A stretch of DNA of 32,000 nt from Mycoplasmoides pneumoniae FH. GTDB taxonomy: Bacteria; Bacillota_I; Bacilli_A; Mycoplasmatales; Mycoplasmoidaceae. Positions 21,240-32,000 of the stretch are shown here, piece by piece. Both the position numbers and the translations under genes were made by a program. The stretch spans positions 302,809 through 334,808 of the forward strand of contig NZ_CP010546.1 of the NCBI RefSeq assembly GCF_001272835.1. Direction: 5' to 3'. The first letter of the stretch is position 1; the number at the start of each line of letters is the position of its first letter. Under the pieces are notes generated by a model, which searched no databases, was not told the DNA's origin, and was given only the letters and a program-made list of their open reading frames with translations.

Positions 21240-21542
21240 ATGAGTTTTAAAAAGATTACCGAAATGATGCGCCAAGCTGAACGACAAAGCAAGCAAAAAG
21301 CGCTTGATTTCGAGCAAAAATTGTTTGAGTACAGCTATAAGAATGCTGCCATCAAGATTATCATTTTTGGTAATCTCACCATTAAGTCTATCACAATCGA
21401 TCCCGCATTAATTGACCCAGAAGACAAGGTCACTTTAGAGGAGATGATTACAGAAGCTGTCAATGAGGCTGTGGGTGATGTTAAGGCCAAGTACGACCAG
21501 TTAATGGAAGAGGCTATGCCACAGATGCCTGGGCTTTTTTAA
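21240..21542 (+). CDS. ybaB: YbaB/EbfC nucleoid-associated family protein
   Basis: 100 aa. MRQAERQSKQKALDFEQKLFEYSYKNAAIKIIIFGNLTIKSITIDPALIDPEDKVTLEEMITEAVNEAVGD matches the family layout. Confidence 0.85.
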   Translation: MSFKKITEMMRQAERQSKQKALDFEQKLFEYSYKNAAIKIIIFGNLTIKSITIDPALIDPEDKVTLEEMITEAVNEAVGDVKAKYDQLMEEAMPQMPGLF

Positions 21543-22443
21543 GCTGCAGTGCTAGCTTAACCATTTGTTTATCTTTAGTGAGCTGTATAAAGGTTGGAAT
21601 GTTGACGAGAACTGTCAACAATACAATGGCGAAATAGCTCAACCCAAAGCTAACTCCAAAGATTAAATCAGCATTTTTTGGATCTAGCTTGAGGAACACC
21701 GCTACATTCTTGTACTCACCGCTCAGTCAATCTTCAGCCAAAATGCCGGTAGTATTACCGGTAATTTGTCCCTTAAAGATGTTAACCATCAAGGCCACAT
21801 AACTGAGATATGCTAGCGCAAACACGTGGATGTAGAAGAACGAAATTAAGCTAAAGCCATCGTCTCATAAAAAGACAGCCAGACTCAACAAGAAACTCAA
21901 GAAGTGCATCATGAAGTAAACCTGGTTGTTTTCCAAACCAACAAAGAGAAATTTGACAATCTCCTCTTGTTTTAATGGAGTAAAAATTAACTCGCCAAAT
22001 AAGGTTATTGCAGCACCGTAAAAACCAAAGATCGCCAACACACCCGCCACCTTTTTCTGGCGTAAAAAGATAAAGATCGGGCCGATTAAGGCAAAGAAGG
22101 GGCAGAGATCTAACAAAAAGATCCTGCTCAACCTTAGTGAATCTAAAGGAACATTTGCAACAGCATTCTTAGCCTTGGCTGCAGTGCCGTAAATATCGGG
22201 AAAAATATAGATAATTTGCCGCCCGAAAAAGACATAGAGAAAGAGAATAGCTGCAAAAACTTGTAAACAATAAAACTGGATTTTTAATTTGCGAATTAAT
22301 GGGGTAAATCCCAAGATAACTAGCACCCCGGCTACTGTTAGGATGACTACAAGATAGTTAAGCGACTGCATTAATTGCTTAAAATTAAGATAATAATTTT
22401 TTAAATTTGTCTTCGATGAGCGATCGTTTAAATGATCAAGCAC
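21514..22443 (-). CDS. Polytopic membrane protein, possibly YwaF/TMEM164-like; true start uncertain
   Basis: Frame-matched minus ORFs 21865..22443 and 21514..21699 joined by TGA codons; about 7 hydrophobic segments. The GTG at 22443 would overlap lysS; internal ATG candidates are downstream. Confidence 0.7.
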
Positions 22444-23885
22444 AAAATCGCTTGCAAAAACTCCTAAACCTCAAACAAACTGGCAACGATCCCTACCTCA
22501 TTACTAAGATAGAAAACACCCACTCAGCGGCTAGTTTTCAAAAAGCATTTGCCAACCAATCTGACGCTGAGTTAAAGCAGTACCAAGTGATCTTAACCGG
22601 TCGGATTATTGCGCTCCGGCAGACCTTTATTATTATCCAAGACTTTAGTGGGAAAATGCAGTTGTACATTAATAAAAAAACTGCCCCCGAACTGTTTGAA
22701 TATTTCAATAATTACATTGATTTGGGTGATCAAATAGTAGCCACTGGCCATCCAATGATGACCAAAACAGGTGTTTTAACGCTGAACGTAGAGCGATTAC
22801 AAATTGTCGCTAAATGCTTACAAACCCCACCTGAAAAATGACATGGGTTGACCGATCCAGAAGCGCGAGCACGAAAGCGTTACTTGGATTTGACCTACAA
22901 CCGTGCGCAGGTCGAAGTCTTTTTGAAACGCACCCAGATTATTACAGCTATCCGTACCTTTTTAAATGAAGCGGGCTTTCTAGAAGTGGAAACACCCATT
23001 TTACAAGCCGTTTTAGGGGGTGCTAACGCCAAGCCCTTTAAAACACACTATAACGCCTTAAAGGGTGATTTTTACTTGCGGATTGCAAATGAAATAGCAC
23101 TCAAAAAGCTCATTGTGGGCGGTTTGCCGAAAGTGTATGAAATGGGGCGGATGTTTCGTAACGAAGGGGTGGATACTACCCATAATCCGGAGTTTACGAG
23201 CATTGAAATGTATCAGGCTAACGCTGACTATGCGGTCATGATGGATTTAACCGAAAACCTCATTAAGTTTGTTTGCAAAACACTCAATCAGTGAAGTTTT
23301 AACTGGAACGGGCAAACACTTGATTTAGCCAAACCGTTCAAGAAAGTCAAAATGGTAGATTTAATCTGCCAAGTTACTGGGGTTAATTTTGATGATGTTA
23401 AGGATGATCAAACAGCCATTGCGCTTGCAAAGCAGCACAAAGTAGAGTTAAAAAAGCACGAGCAGAACAAACAACACATTATTAACCGTTTCTTTGAACA
23501 GTTCTGTGAGCATACCTTAATCCAACCCACCTTTGTCACACACTATCCCAAGGCCGTTTCCCCGCTAGCTAAACAAGATCCCCACAACCCCGAGTTTACT
23601 GAGCGCTTTGAACTTTTTATTAATACAAAAGAGTTAGCGAACGCTTACAGTGAGTTGAATGATCCCCTAGAACAACGTGCGCGCTTTGAACAACAGTTGC
23701 AGGAAAAACGCATGGGTAATGATGAAGCGAGTGAATTAGATGAATCCTTTTTGGATGCTTTGAGTTTTGGTCTCCCGCCAACAGGCGGCCTTGGGATTGG
23801 GGTTGATCGGTTAGTGATGTTATTGTGCGAGTGCAGTTCCATCCGTGACGTTGTTTTCTTTCCCCAACTACGTGAATTGAAATAA
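22416..23885 (+). CDS. lysS: Lysyl-tRNA synthetase (class II)
   Basis: OB-fold region, [52 protein letters not shown]; three same-frame fragments. Confidence 0.96.
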
Positions 23886-25044
23886 GTTTGATTTCATTGT
23901 TTTAGGTGCTGGCATTAGTGGCATAGTTTTATCACATGTTTTAGCACAGCATGGTAAAAGTGTTTTACTGTTAGAAAAACGCAACCAATTAGGTGGTAAT
24001 TGTTATGACAAGTTGGATGAAACCACCGGGTTACTGTTCCACCAGTACGGTCCTCATATCTTTCATACTGATAATCAGAAAGTAATGGATTTTATCCAAC
24101 CCTTTTTTGAACTAAACAATTACCAGCACCGTGTTGGCTTACAACTGGACAACAATTTGGATTTAACGCTTCCATTTGACTTTAGCCAAATGCGCAAGTT
24201 GTTGGATACAAAAACAGCTAGCAGTTTAATTAACTTCTTTCAACAGCACTTTCCAGCTGAAAAGCACTTAACACTGATGCAGTTACAAACAATTAACTTT
24301 GCTCCAGTCCAACAGCTGTACCAGTTTTTAAAAACAAAGGTGTACGGTCCTTACAGTGTGAAAATGTGGGGCATGCCATTAGAACAAATTGATCCTAGTG
24401 TATTGGGTCGAGTCAAAATTAGTTTAAGTGAAAACAGTAGCTATTTCCCTACAGCCACTATTCAAGGTCTACCTAAGGGTGGTTATACAAAGGCCTTTAC
24501 AAAGATGGTGGATCATCCTCTGATTGATTTAAGGTTAAACTGTCCAGCTAACTTAATTAGCGTAAACAATAATCAACTCTTGTTTGCAAATCAACCAATT
24601 ACCAAACCAGTGGTTTATTGTGGTTTAATTGATCAGCTGTTTGGCTATTGTTTTGGGCGATTGCAGTACCGCTCGCTCCACTTTGAATGAAAGCGTTATG
24701 CTGTAAAACAACACCAAGCTTACCCCGTAATGAACTGGCCACTCCACCCAACAATAACGCGCCAAGTGGAATACAAACAGTTAACGCAAGAGGGTTTGGA
24801 GTCTAACCAAACGATTGTTTCGTGTGAAACTCCTGGTGCTTTTAGGGAAGGCGATCCCCGCTTTATGGAGCCGTACTACCCGCTAAATGATGTAAGTAAT
24901 AATGCCTTGTTTGCGCGTTATTTAAAGTTAGCTAACGCTATTCCTAACATACATTTGTTAGGTCGGTTGGCACTGTACCAGTACATTGATATGGATAGAG
25001 CAATTGCTCAAAGCTTAGCTAAAGCCGAACAACTATTACAGTAA
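23872..25044 (+). CDS. glf: UDP-galactopyranose mutase
   Basis: [41 protein letters not shown] (FAD motif), [29 protein letters not shown] start at 23872 inferred; overlaps the lysS end. Read through TGA at 24688. Confidence 0.93.
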
Positions 25045-26840
25045 TGGAACAACAAAAAATTAGGAACTTTTCAATTATTGCCCACATTGACCATGGTAAG
25101 TCAACGCTGTCAGATCGCTTAATTGAACGCAGCATTGGCTTTGAAAAACGCTTACTGCAAGCGCAAATGTTGGACACCATGGCGATTGAGCGTGAACGGG
25201 GTATTACTATTAAACTCAACGCCGTGCAGCTCAAAATGGCCCAAGGCAACCAGCAGTACTTGTTTCACCTAGTTGATACTCCGGGACACGTTGACTTTAC
25301 TTACGAGGTATCACGCTCTTTAGCAGCTTGTGAGGGTGTTTTACTGTTAGTTGATGCTACCCAAGGGATTCAAGCACAAACGATTTCCAACACTTACTTA
25401 GCATTGGAAAACAACCTCGAAATTATTCCGGTAATTAACAAGGTGGACATGGAGAGTGCTGATGTCGAGAAAACCAAACAAGCCTTTCACCAACTGCTAG
25501 GGGTGGATCCCAACACCATCCCCTTAGTGTCCGCTAAAACCGGGCTTGGTATTGACCGGTTAATCACTACCATTATTGAAAAAGTACCCCCTCCAAAGGG
25601 CGATGAAAGTAAACCACTCAAAGCCTTACTGTTTGACAGCTATTACGATCCTTATAAGGGGGTAGTGTGCTTTATTCGAATCTTTGAGGGGAGTTTAAAA
25701 CTCAATGATAAGATCCGCTTTGCTAGAAGTAACTCGGTTTACCAAATTGTGGAATTGGGAATTAAAAACCCCTTTTTTGAAAAACAAGACGTGTTAAAAG
25801 CCGGGGAGATTGGTTGGTTTTCCGCTGGGATTAAAAAACTAAGGGATGTAACGGTTGGTGACACGATTGTTCACGCTGAGGACACGACCACTCCACCCTT
25901 ACCGGGTTACAAAAAGGTGTTACCGATGATTTACTGTGGTCTGTACCCGATTGACAACAATGATTACCAAAACCTCAAAATGGCCATGGAAAAGATTATT
26001 TTGAGCGATGCGGCCTTGGAGTATGAATATGAAACATCACAAGCATTGGGCTTTGGGGTGCGTTGTGGTTTTTTGGGGTTGTTGCACATGGATGTAATTA
26101 AGGAGCGGTTGGAGCGCGAGTACAACCTTAAGTTAATTTCCGCTCCTCCTTCAGTGCGGTATAAGGTGTTGTTAACCAACGGGGAGGAATTGGAACTCGA
26201 TAACCCTTCACTCTTACCAGAGCGCTCGCGAATTAAATCAATTAGCGAACCGTTTGTACGCGTTTACATTGATCTACCCGATCATTATTTAGGTACAGTA
26301 ATTGATCTGTGTCAAAACTTCCGTGGGCAATACGAAAAGTTAGAGGAAATTGACATTGACCGCAAACGCTTGGTCTACTTAATGCCCTTGGGTGAAATTA
26401 TCTACAGTTTCTTTGATAAGTTGAAATCAATCACTAAGGGTTATGCTTCGCTCAATTACGAGTTTGACCAGTACCAGGTGTCCCAATTGGCTAAGGTGGA
26501 AATTATGTTAAACAAACAGAAGGTGGACGCTTTATCTTTTATTGCCCACCATGACTTTGCCTTTCAACGGGCCAAGAAGTTCTGTGTCAAATTAAAGGAA
26601 CTAATTCCCAAGCACCTGTTTGAAATTCCAATTCAAGCCACAATTGGAAGTAAGGTAATTGCTAGAGAAACGATTAAAGCAGTGCGTAAAGATGTAACAG
26701 CAAAGCTGTATGGCGGGGATGTCACGCGGAAAAAGAAGCTGTTGGAAAAACAAAAGGAAGGGAAGAAAAGACTGAAAGCAATTGGTAGTGTGGAGCTCCC
26801 CCAAGAGCTGTTTAGTCATTTGCTCAAAGATGAAGATTAA
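25044..26840 (+). CDS. lepA: Elongation factor 4 (LepA)
   Basis: [37 protein letters not shown]; full 598-aa ORF; LepA-type C-terminus. Confidence 0.97.
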   Translation: MEQQKIRNFSIIAHIDHGKSTLSDRLIERSIGFEKRLLQAQMLDTMAIERERGITIKLNAVQLKMAQGNQQYLFHLVDTPGHVDFTYEVSRSLAACEGVLLLVDATQGIQAQTISNTYLALENNLEIIPVINKVDMESADVEKTKQAFHQLLGVDPNTIPLVSAKTGLGIDRLITTIIEKVPPPKGDESKPLKALLFDSYYDPYKGVVCFIRIFEGSLKLNDKIRFARSNSVYQIVELGIKNPFFEKQDVLKAGEIGWFSAGIKKLRDVTVGDTIVHAEDTTTPPLPGYKKVLPMIYCGLYPIDNNDYQNLKMAMEKIILSDAALEYEYETSQALGFGVRCGFLGLLHMDVIKERLEREYNLKLISAPPSVRYKVLLTNGEELELDNPSLLPERSRIKSISEPFVRVYIDLPDHYLGTVIDLCQNFRGQYEKLEEIDIDRKRLVYLMPLGEIIYSFFDKLKSITKGYASLNYEFDQYQVSQLAKVEIMLNKQKVDALSFIAHHDFAFQRAKKFCVKLKELIPKHLFEIPIQATIGSKVIARETIKAVRKDVTAKLYGGDVTRKKKLLEKQKEGKKRLKAIGSVELPQELFSHLLKDED

Positions 26841-26870
26841 CTTATTTATAATTGATTACTGTTTAATTAC

Positions 26871-26891
26871 TGATACCTTGTAAAGGTATTA
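26871..26891. repeat. Hairpin between lepA and rnj
   Basis: TGATACCTT-GTA-AAGGTATTA: 9-bp stem including one G.T pair; no strong T-tract follows directly. Confidence 0.5.
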
Positions 26892-26918
26892 ACTAATTAT
26901 TTTGATCTTTTATAAGTA

Positions 26919-28628
26919 ATGATTAAGGATTTTGATCCTAGTGAGTTTGTCGGTAAAACTCCTACCAAGATTTTTGCCTTTGGTGGTATCCAAGAAGTTG
27001 GAAAAAACATGTATGGAATCGAGTACGATGATGAGATTATCATCATCGACTGCGGTATTAAGTTTGCTAGTGATGATCTACTAGGGATTGATGGTATTAT
27101 CCCGAGCTTCGAATACCTCATTGAAAACCAAGCTAAGGTTAAAGCACTGTTTATCACCCACGGCCATGAAGACCACATTGGTGGGGTGCCTTACTTGTTA
27201 AAACAAGTCGATGTACCGGTGATTTACGCACCCCGGATTGCCGCTTCTTTGATCTTAAAGAAGGTCAACGAACACAAGGATGCTAAGCTCAATAAAGTGG
27301 TCGTATATGATGACTTTAGCAACTTTGAAACCAAGCACTTCAAGATTGACTTTTACCGCGTCAACCACTCGATTCCTGACGCCTTTGGTGTCTGTGTTCA
27401 AACTCCCAACGGTAACATTGTTGAGAGTGGTGACTTTCGCTTTGACTTTGCCGCTGGCGGGGAAATGCTCGATGTGCATAAGGTCGTGAAGATTGCCGAG
27501 CGCAATGTCCATGTCTTTATGTGTGAGACTACTAACGCCGAAATCCCGGGGTTCTCCCAGAGCGAAAAGTTAATTTACCGCAACATCAACAAGATTATTA
27601 AAGAAGCACGTGGTCGGGTCATTCTCACTACCTTTGCTTCCAACATTACCCGGATTAACGAAATTATTGAGATTGCTGTTAACAATAAACGGAAGGTCTG
27701 CTTGTTGGGTAAGTCGATGGATGTGAACGTCAACATCTCGCGTAAGATTGGCTTAATGGACATTGACAGCAATGACATTGTGGAAGTCCGTGACATTAAG
27801 AATTACCCCGACCGCAGTATCTTAATCTTGTGTACGGGTTCCCAAGGTGAAGACTCAGCAGCCTTAAACACAATGGCACGGGGTAAACATAACTGGGTTA
27901 GCTTAAAGTCCACTGACACCATTATTATGTCCTCCAACCCGATTCCGGGGAACTATGCAGCGGTGGAAAATCTCTTGAATGAGCTTTCGAAGTACGGGGT
28001 GACCATCTTTGAAAACTCACCGAACATGAAGCTACACGCCTCTGGTCACGCTACCCAGCAAGAGTTGCAGTTAATGTTAAACCTCGTGTTTCCAAGGTAC
28101 TTAATTCCGATTCACGGGGAGTACAAGATGATGCGCACCATCAAAAACATAGCGCAAGAATGTGGCATTAACGGTGATGATGTTGGTTTGCTAGCTAACG
28201 GTCAGGTGATGTACCTAATTGATGGCAAGCTGTATTACTCAGGGGAAGTGATTAATGCTGACCCGATTTACATTGAAAGCCGCAATTCTTCTCCAGACTT
28301 AGCGCGGGTAATTAAACAACGCCAAATCTTGAGTCGGGAGGGAATGTTTGCTGTGATTGTAGTCTTTGACAAAAACAATAACATTTTAGGGATGCCTACT
28401 CTGATTACTCGGGGTTGTTTCTTTGCTCTAGATTCCAGTCCGTTAATGACTAAGATTACCCACTCAATTAAACGCGGTTTGGAAAACGTTATTCAAAACA
28501 AGCGTTTTAATACCCGTGAACAGATGATCAAGGAATTGAAACGAGTATGTAAGGAAACGGTGTCTTACTTCATTTGGAAGAACAAGAGTCGTAACCCGTT
28601 GATTTCAACCGTATTGTCTTGAGTTTAA
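26919..28628 (+). CDS. rnj: Ribonuclease J
   Basis: Metallo-beta-lactamase motif FITHGHEDHIGGVPYL, GDFRFD, RVILTTFASN (beta-CASP), IPIHGEYKM; terminal TGA + GTT + TAA at 28626-28628. Confidence 0.94.
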
Positions 28629-28838
28629 ACCTTAGTTTTAACTAATTCTCAATTGGACCCAATTATTGGAAATTAACACCTTTATAAGGCTGTTTTTGCC
28701 AGTAGTTGGGTTTTCTTTTGTTTGCTCTTGAGATCTAATTAATGCATACAAAAAGCCATTAATTGCCCAAAAATCAGATTCTTTTTACTTTCTTAAAAAT
28801 ATTTTTTTAAGATTTGCCATCTTTTTTCGCTTGGGAAG

Positions 28839-31198
28839 ATGAAATTTAAGTATGGAACGGTTGTTTTGGGCAGTTTTTTAGGGCTTTCTGTGGTGTTAGC
28901 TGCCTGTGGTGCTCGTGGTAAATTTGACCAATTTGATGATGGCAAAATTAAGCTAGCATCATCCTTAACTTCCAAAGCAGCTGCCAATGCTTTACAAACA
29001 ATAATAGAGAAGTACAACATTGTCAAAAGCGGCAAGGATTACCCCATTGAAATTACCCAAATTGCTGGTGGTTATGACGGCGGGCGGACTGATCTCCAAA
29101 CCCGAGTTAGTGTTAAGGATAAAACGAACTTTTATAACCTTATTTTGAACTATCCAGATTTAGTTTCTGTGTTAGCGCGCAGTGGAATGGAACTGCTTTT
29201 TGACAAAGTTAATGTTGATAAATTAGAGCCGAACTTCTTAAAGTTTAATGAACAGATTAGTGGAGTCGCTAAAAGTGGTAACTATGGTATTCCCGTGTCC
29301 CTTTCAACTGACATTTTGGTCTTAAATGGTCCGGTGTTGCACTATATTTTGAACAGTGCGAAGAAAGAAGAGGCTAATTCTCAAGTTAAAAGTCAAATAA
29401 AAACATCACAAATTCAAGCTAAAGGTTCATTAACAATTGATACAGATGAAAATACCAAATCACTTTGAGAGAAAATTCAAAATTCAGCCAAAGCTAATGG
29501 TGAAACTAATCAAAAAGGACGAAAAGCTGCAAAATCAAATAAAACTGCATTAGTTCAACTTAAAAATGGCGCTGATACTACCACTAACGAAGAGAATAAA
29601 GATACCAAAACTAGTGATGATAAAGTTAAACAAACTTGAGGTGATTATGTAGAAAAGGATGATGGTCTTAAAAACTATACCTTTAGGGCTAGCGTGTTTG
29701 AAAACTGGCATGATTTCCTCGATTTTTCGACAAGGGTAGCTAAATCTTTTACTGAAAAGGTAAGCAACATTACCAATAAAAAGGGCACTGATATTCAGGG
29801 AGTGCTTGGTGTCGACAGTTCTCCTAATGTTTTATTTGCCTCTGTATTTGCTGCAGGTGGTGGTAATTATGAAAACTTCTTTTATAAGGTGAAAGATGGT
29901 CGGGCTGATTTTAGTAACTTTAAGAACAAGGGTAGTTCTTACCAAAACCTCCAAAGCGTTTTTAAAGACTAAAGTGAACTAATTAAAAGTAACGGTCTTT
30001 TTGTCAATAAAGGTGGTTCTTATTCTTCCAATTTCCAGAAGTTTCACCAATTAGCTTACAGTATTTCTTCCACTTCTGGCTTTAAGTATTCGTTTGCCGA
30101 TAAGAACGCTAAGCGCTTGAAGTTTAGTGACGACAACACCTTCGTTGAATATCCTGATTTTACTCAGGAAATTAAGTCGCCAGACCAACAAAATGGTCAA
30201 AATACTGATGACAATAACAGTAAAAAAGAAGAAAACCTTTTAGGTACCTTTGAAGTTAAAGATTACTCGAAATCTAATAAAGGCGGGAAAGGAAAAAGTA
30301 AGGGTAAAGGCGGAAGCAGCAGTAATATGAAGACTATTTACATTTACAAAGGCTATATTCCTGAAGATAAAAAGAAAGGTGATAATGCCATTTTAGTTAC
30401 TGAGAAAAAAATTATTGATGCTTTAGAAAAAGCTGCTAATTCTAATGGTGAAAGTACACAATCTAATCCAAAAACCATAGCACTTCAAGCAGCTAAAAAA
30501 GAAACTAAAAAGAGCAATAAGAAAGAATCAAAAACGATTGGATATACAACTACTGGTTATGTCAATGCTGATGGTAAACATATTTTTGATACAGACAGAA
30601 TTAACAATGAGAGGTTTGATCGTAAAATTATTATTGGTGCTACTCTAGAAACTTTAGACCAATCTAGTACACTCCAAAGTGGTGAAGCAATTGTCTTACC
30701 AGCACCTGGTAAATATAAGAGTAGTGATCAAAAAACGGTTATGACAGCGCAAGGCCCCAAGATAATCGGGATCCATGCTAATGCTAAAGAGAACGAAGAA
30801 ACACAAAAATTTGTTAATTGGTTTTAAATACGCCAGAAACTTGAGAAAGTAAGAGGAATAAGAAAAACTCTAATGAAAAACAAACTGCAGCACAATACTT
30901 TGCTCAAGAGGCATCTTACATCTTGCCCTTAAAAGAAAACTTTGAAAAGGTTCAAATTAACGATAAAGGTGAGAAAAATGAAAATGACACAAAGGGCAAT
31001 ACTTATACCGCTAAAGCTTTAGAACTCTTTAAAAAAGTTTCTCAAAATGAAATCGTGAGTTACAGTGACCCAAGTGACTTTAGAAGTGGTAAGTTTCGTG
31101 ATGCGATTGGCTCTAACTTTAACGCCATTATTAATTCCAAAGGAGACTTCAATAAATTTATTAGTAGTTTTACCGCAAGTTTAGGCTCAGACTTTTAG
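28839..31198 (+). pseudogene. Large mycoplasma paralogous-family lipoprotein (about 786 codons), interrupted by TAA and a -1 frameshift
   Basis: Lipobox GLSVVLAAC. Frame 0 is open from 28839 to TAA at 29970-29972, then continues in the same frame ([30 protein letters not shown]...) to 30827. Adding one T in the run 30822-30825 gives NWFLNTPETWESKRNKK... to 31198. Confidence 0.87.
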
Positions 31199-31400
31199 TC
31201 TTTTAAATACCCAATTGATTTATTTTTTAATCGATTAATTTATTTAATGGAAAAACAAGTAGATAAATTAGTGAAAACTTTAATTCATCAAAAAGCGTTT
31301 CAATAAATCCGGTTCTTAGAAATAAGGTTTTAATAAAAAAACATACCAGCAGTTAATGCTTCCAAATTAGCTGTGGGTATGTTTATTCTTGTCAAATAAA

Positions 31401-31433
31401 TAAAAAAGCCATCTATCTAAAAGACAGACAGCT
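31401..31433 (-). terminator. Rho-independent-type terminator, minus strand
   Basis: Minus strand AGCTGTCTGTCT-TTT-AGATAGATGGCT followed by TTTTTTA: 12-bp stem with three G.T wobbles plus T-tract. Confidence 0.75.
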
Positions 31434-32000
31434 AAAAAATACTTTTTTTAACGATATTGAAATTAACAGAAAGATCTGTTAGCAAATGTGAAGGAAGAGG
31501 CTCTATGCAAACTTTCAATATGTGGCGTGTTGAAAAACCTTTAAGAATATGCACCAATTGGGGGCAGAAAAGCAGGTCTTCAACATAAATTTTCGTTTTC
31601 CTGCTCCCATTAGATAAATTGAGTTGCTTTTTAAAAGACGCCAAAAAGATTAAATGTTCTTCTAATTTGGTTTTTTAACTTCTTCTAACTATTAATAGGG
31701 TCTTTTACTTTCTAAAAATTTTTTGAAGTTATTTTGTCACATTTACTTTTTGGGCAATTTAGATCATGAATACCGAAAAAGTATAAGATTCATTAAGTTA
31801 ACGAGGTATCACCTCTTTTTAAAACAAGCCCAATCGCAACTCGTTTCTTTGTTTAACCAAAACTTTTTGCAAGTTTTGTTGGCATTTCTAAATAAATCTT
31901 TCAATTTATTTAGTGATGACACAAAAATTAATATGTTGAACTTTTTAAATAAATCAACAATGGTATTGATCCCCGTTGGCAGCAGTGCTCCAAGTTCTAG

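Noticed and set aside
23645-23842. Minus-strand ORF, 65 aa within lysS
   Set aside because: Antisense to the class II aminoacyl-tRNA synthetase motif 3 region; shadow ORF.
25019-25249. Minus-strand ORF, 76 aa
   Set aside because: Antisense to the conserved LepA N-terminus and the glf end.
26897-27178. Minus-strand ORF, 93 aa
   Set aside because: Antisense to the RNase J N-terminal domain; high openness is expected in this code and composition.
28658-28670. CCCAA-TTA-TTGGG palindrome after rnj
   Set aside because: Short 5-bp stem without an adjacent T-tract; insufficient for a terminator or regulatory call.
1-32000. Search for CRISPR arrays, tRNA/rRNA genes, transposases, toxin-antitoxin pairs or phage-like clusters
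   Set aside because: No regularly spaced direct repeats, no tRNA cloverleaf I could recognize by eye, and no recombinase or transposase motifs seen. Absence by eye is not proof; tRNAscan-SE, Infernal and a repeat finder would be decisive.

Overview
The window reads as a stretch of a Mycoplasma (Mycoplasmoides) pneumoniae-type chromosome using genetic code 4 (UGA = Trp). Most + strand genes in the supplied ORF track are cut at in-frame TGA codons. Rejoining them gives compact, largely collinear housekeeping genes: pgsA (partial), cinA-C-like, an IspD-like protein, a hypothetical, galE, a three-gene NupOPQ/Rbs-type ABC transporter, topA, a hypothetical, trxA, a HAD hydrolase, trpS (-), spx-like, nadK, an EIIB-like protein, an RNase Y-like HD protein, a small membrane protein, hinT (-), a membrane protein (-), ybaB, a YwaF-like membrane protein (-), lysS, glf, lepA and rnj. 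The accessory parts (about 17.2-19.7 kb and 28.8-32 kb) hold decayed members of M. pneumoniae paralog families: two lipoprotein genes, a DUF16/UPF0134 gene and a half-size type I restriction hsdS gene. Each carries frameshifts and/or stop codons that I located. I found no convincing evidence of a previously undescribed multi-gene system. The best leads are: (1) four single-base losses, three in A or T runs of at least 4, that interrupt otherwise intact reading frames (cinA-like, two lipoproteins, hsdS); (2) a membrane-anchored EIIB-like protein lacking the phospho-cysteine; (3) an IspD/TarI-like protein lacking the N-terminal nucleotide-binding motif; (4) an RNase Y-like HD protein with a divergent central region; (5) a strong minus-strand terminator at 31401-31433 with no recognizable gene upstream. 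All coordinates were derived by hand and should be recomputed.
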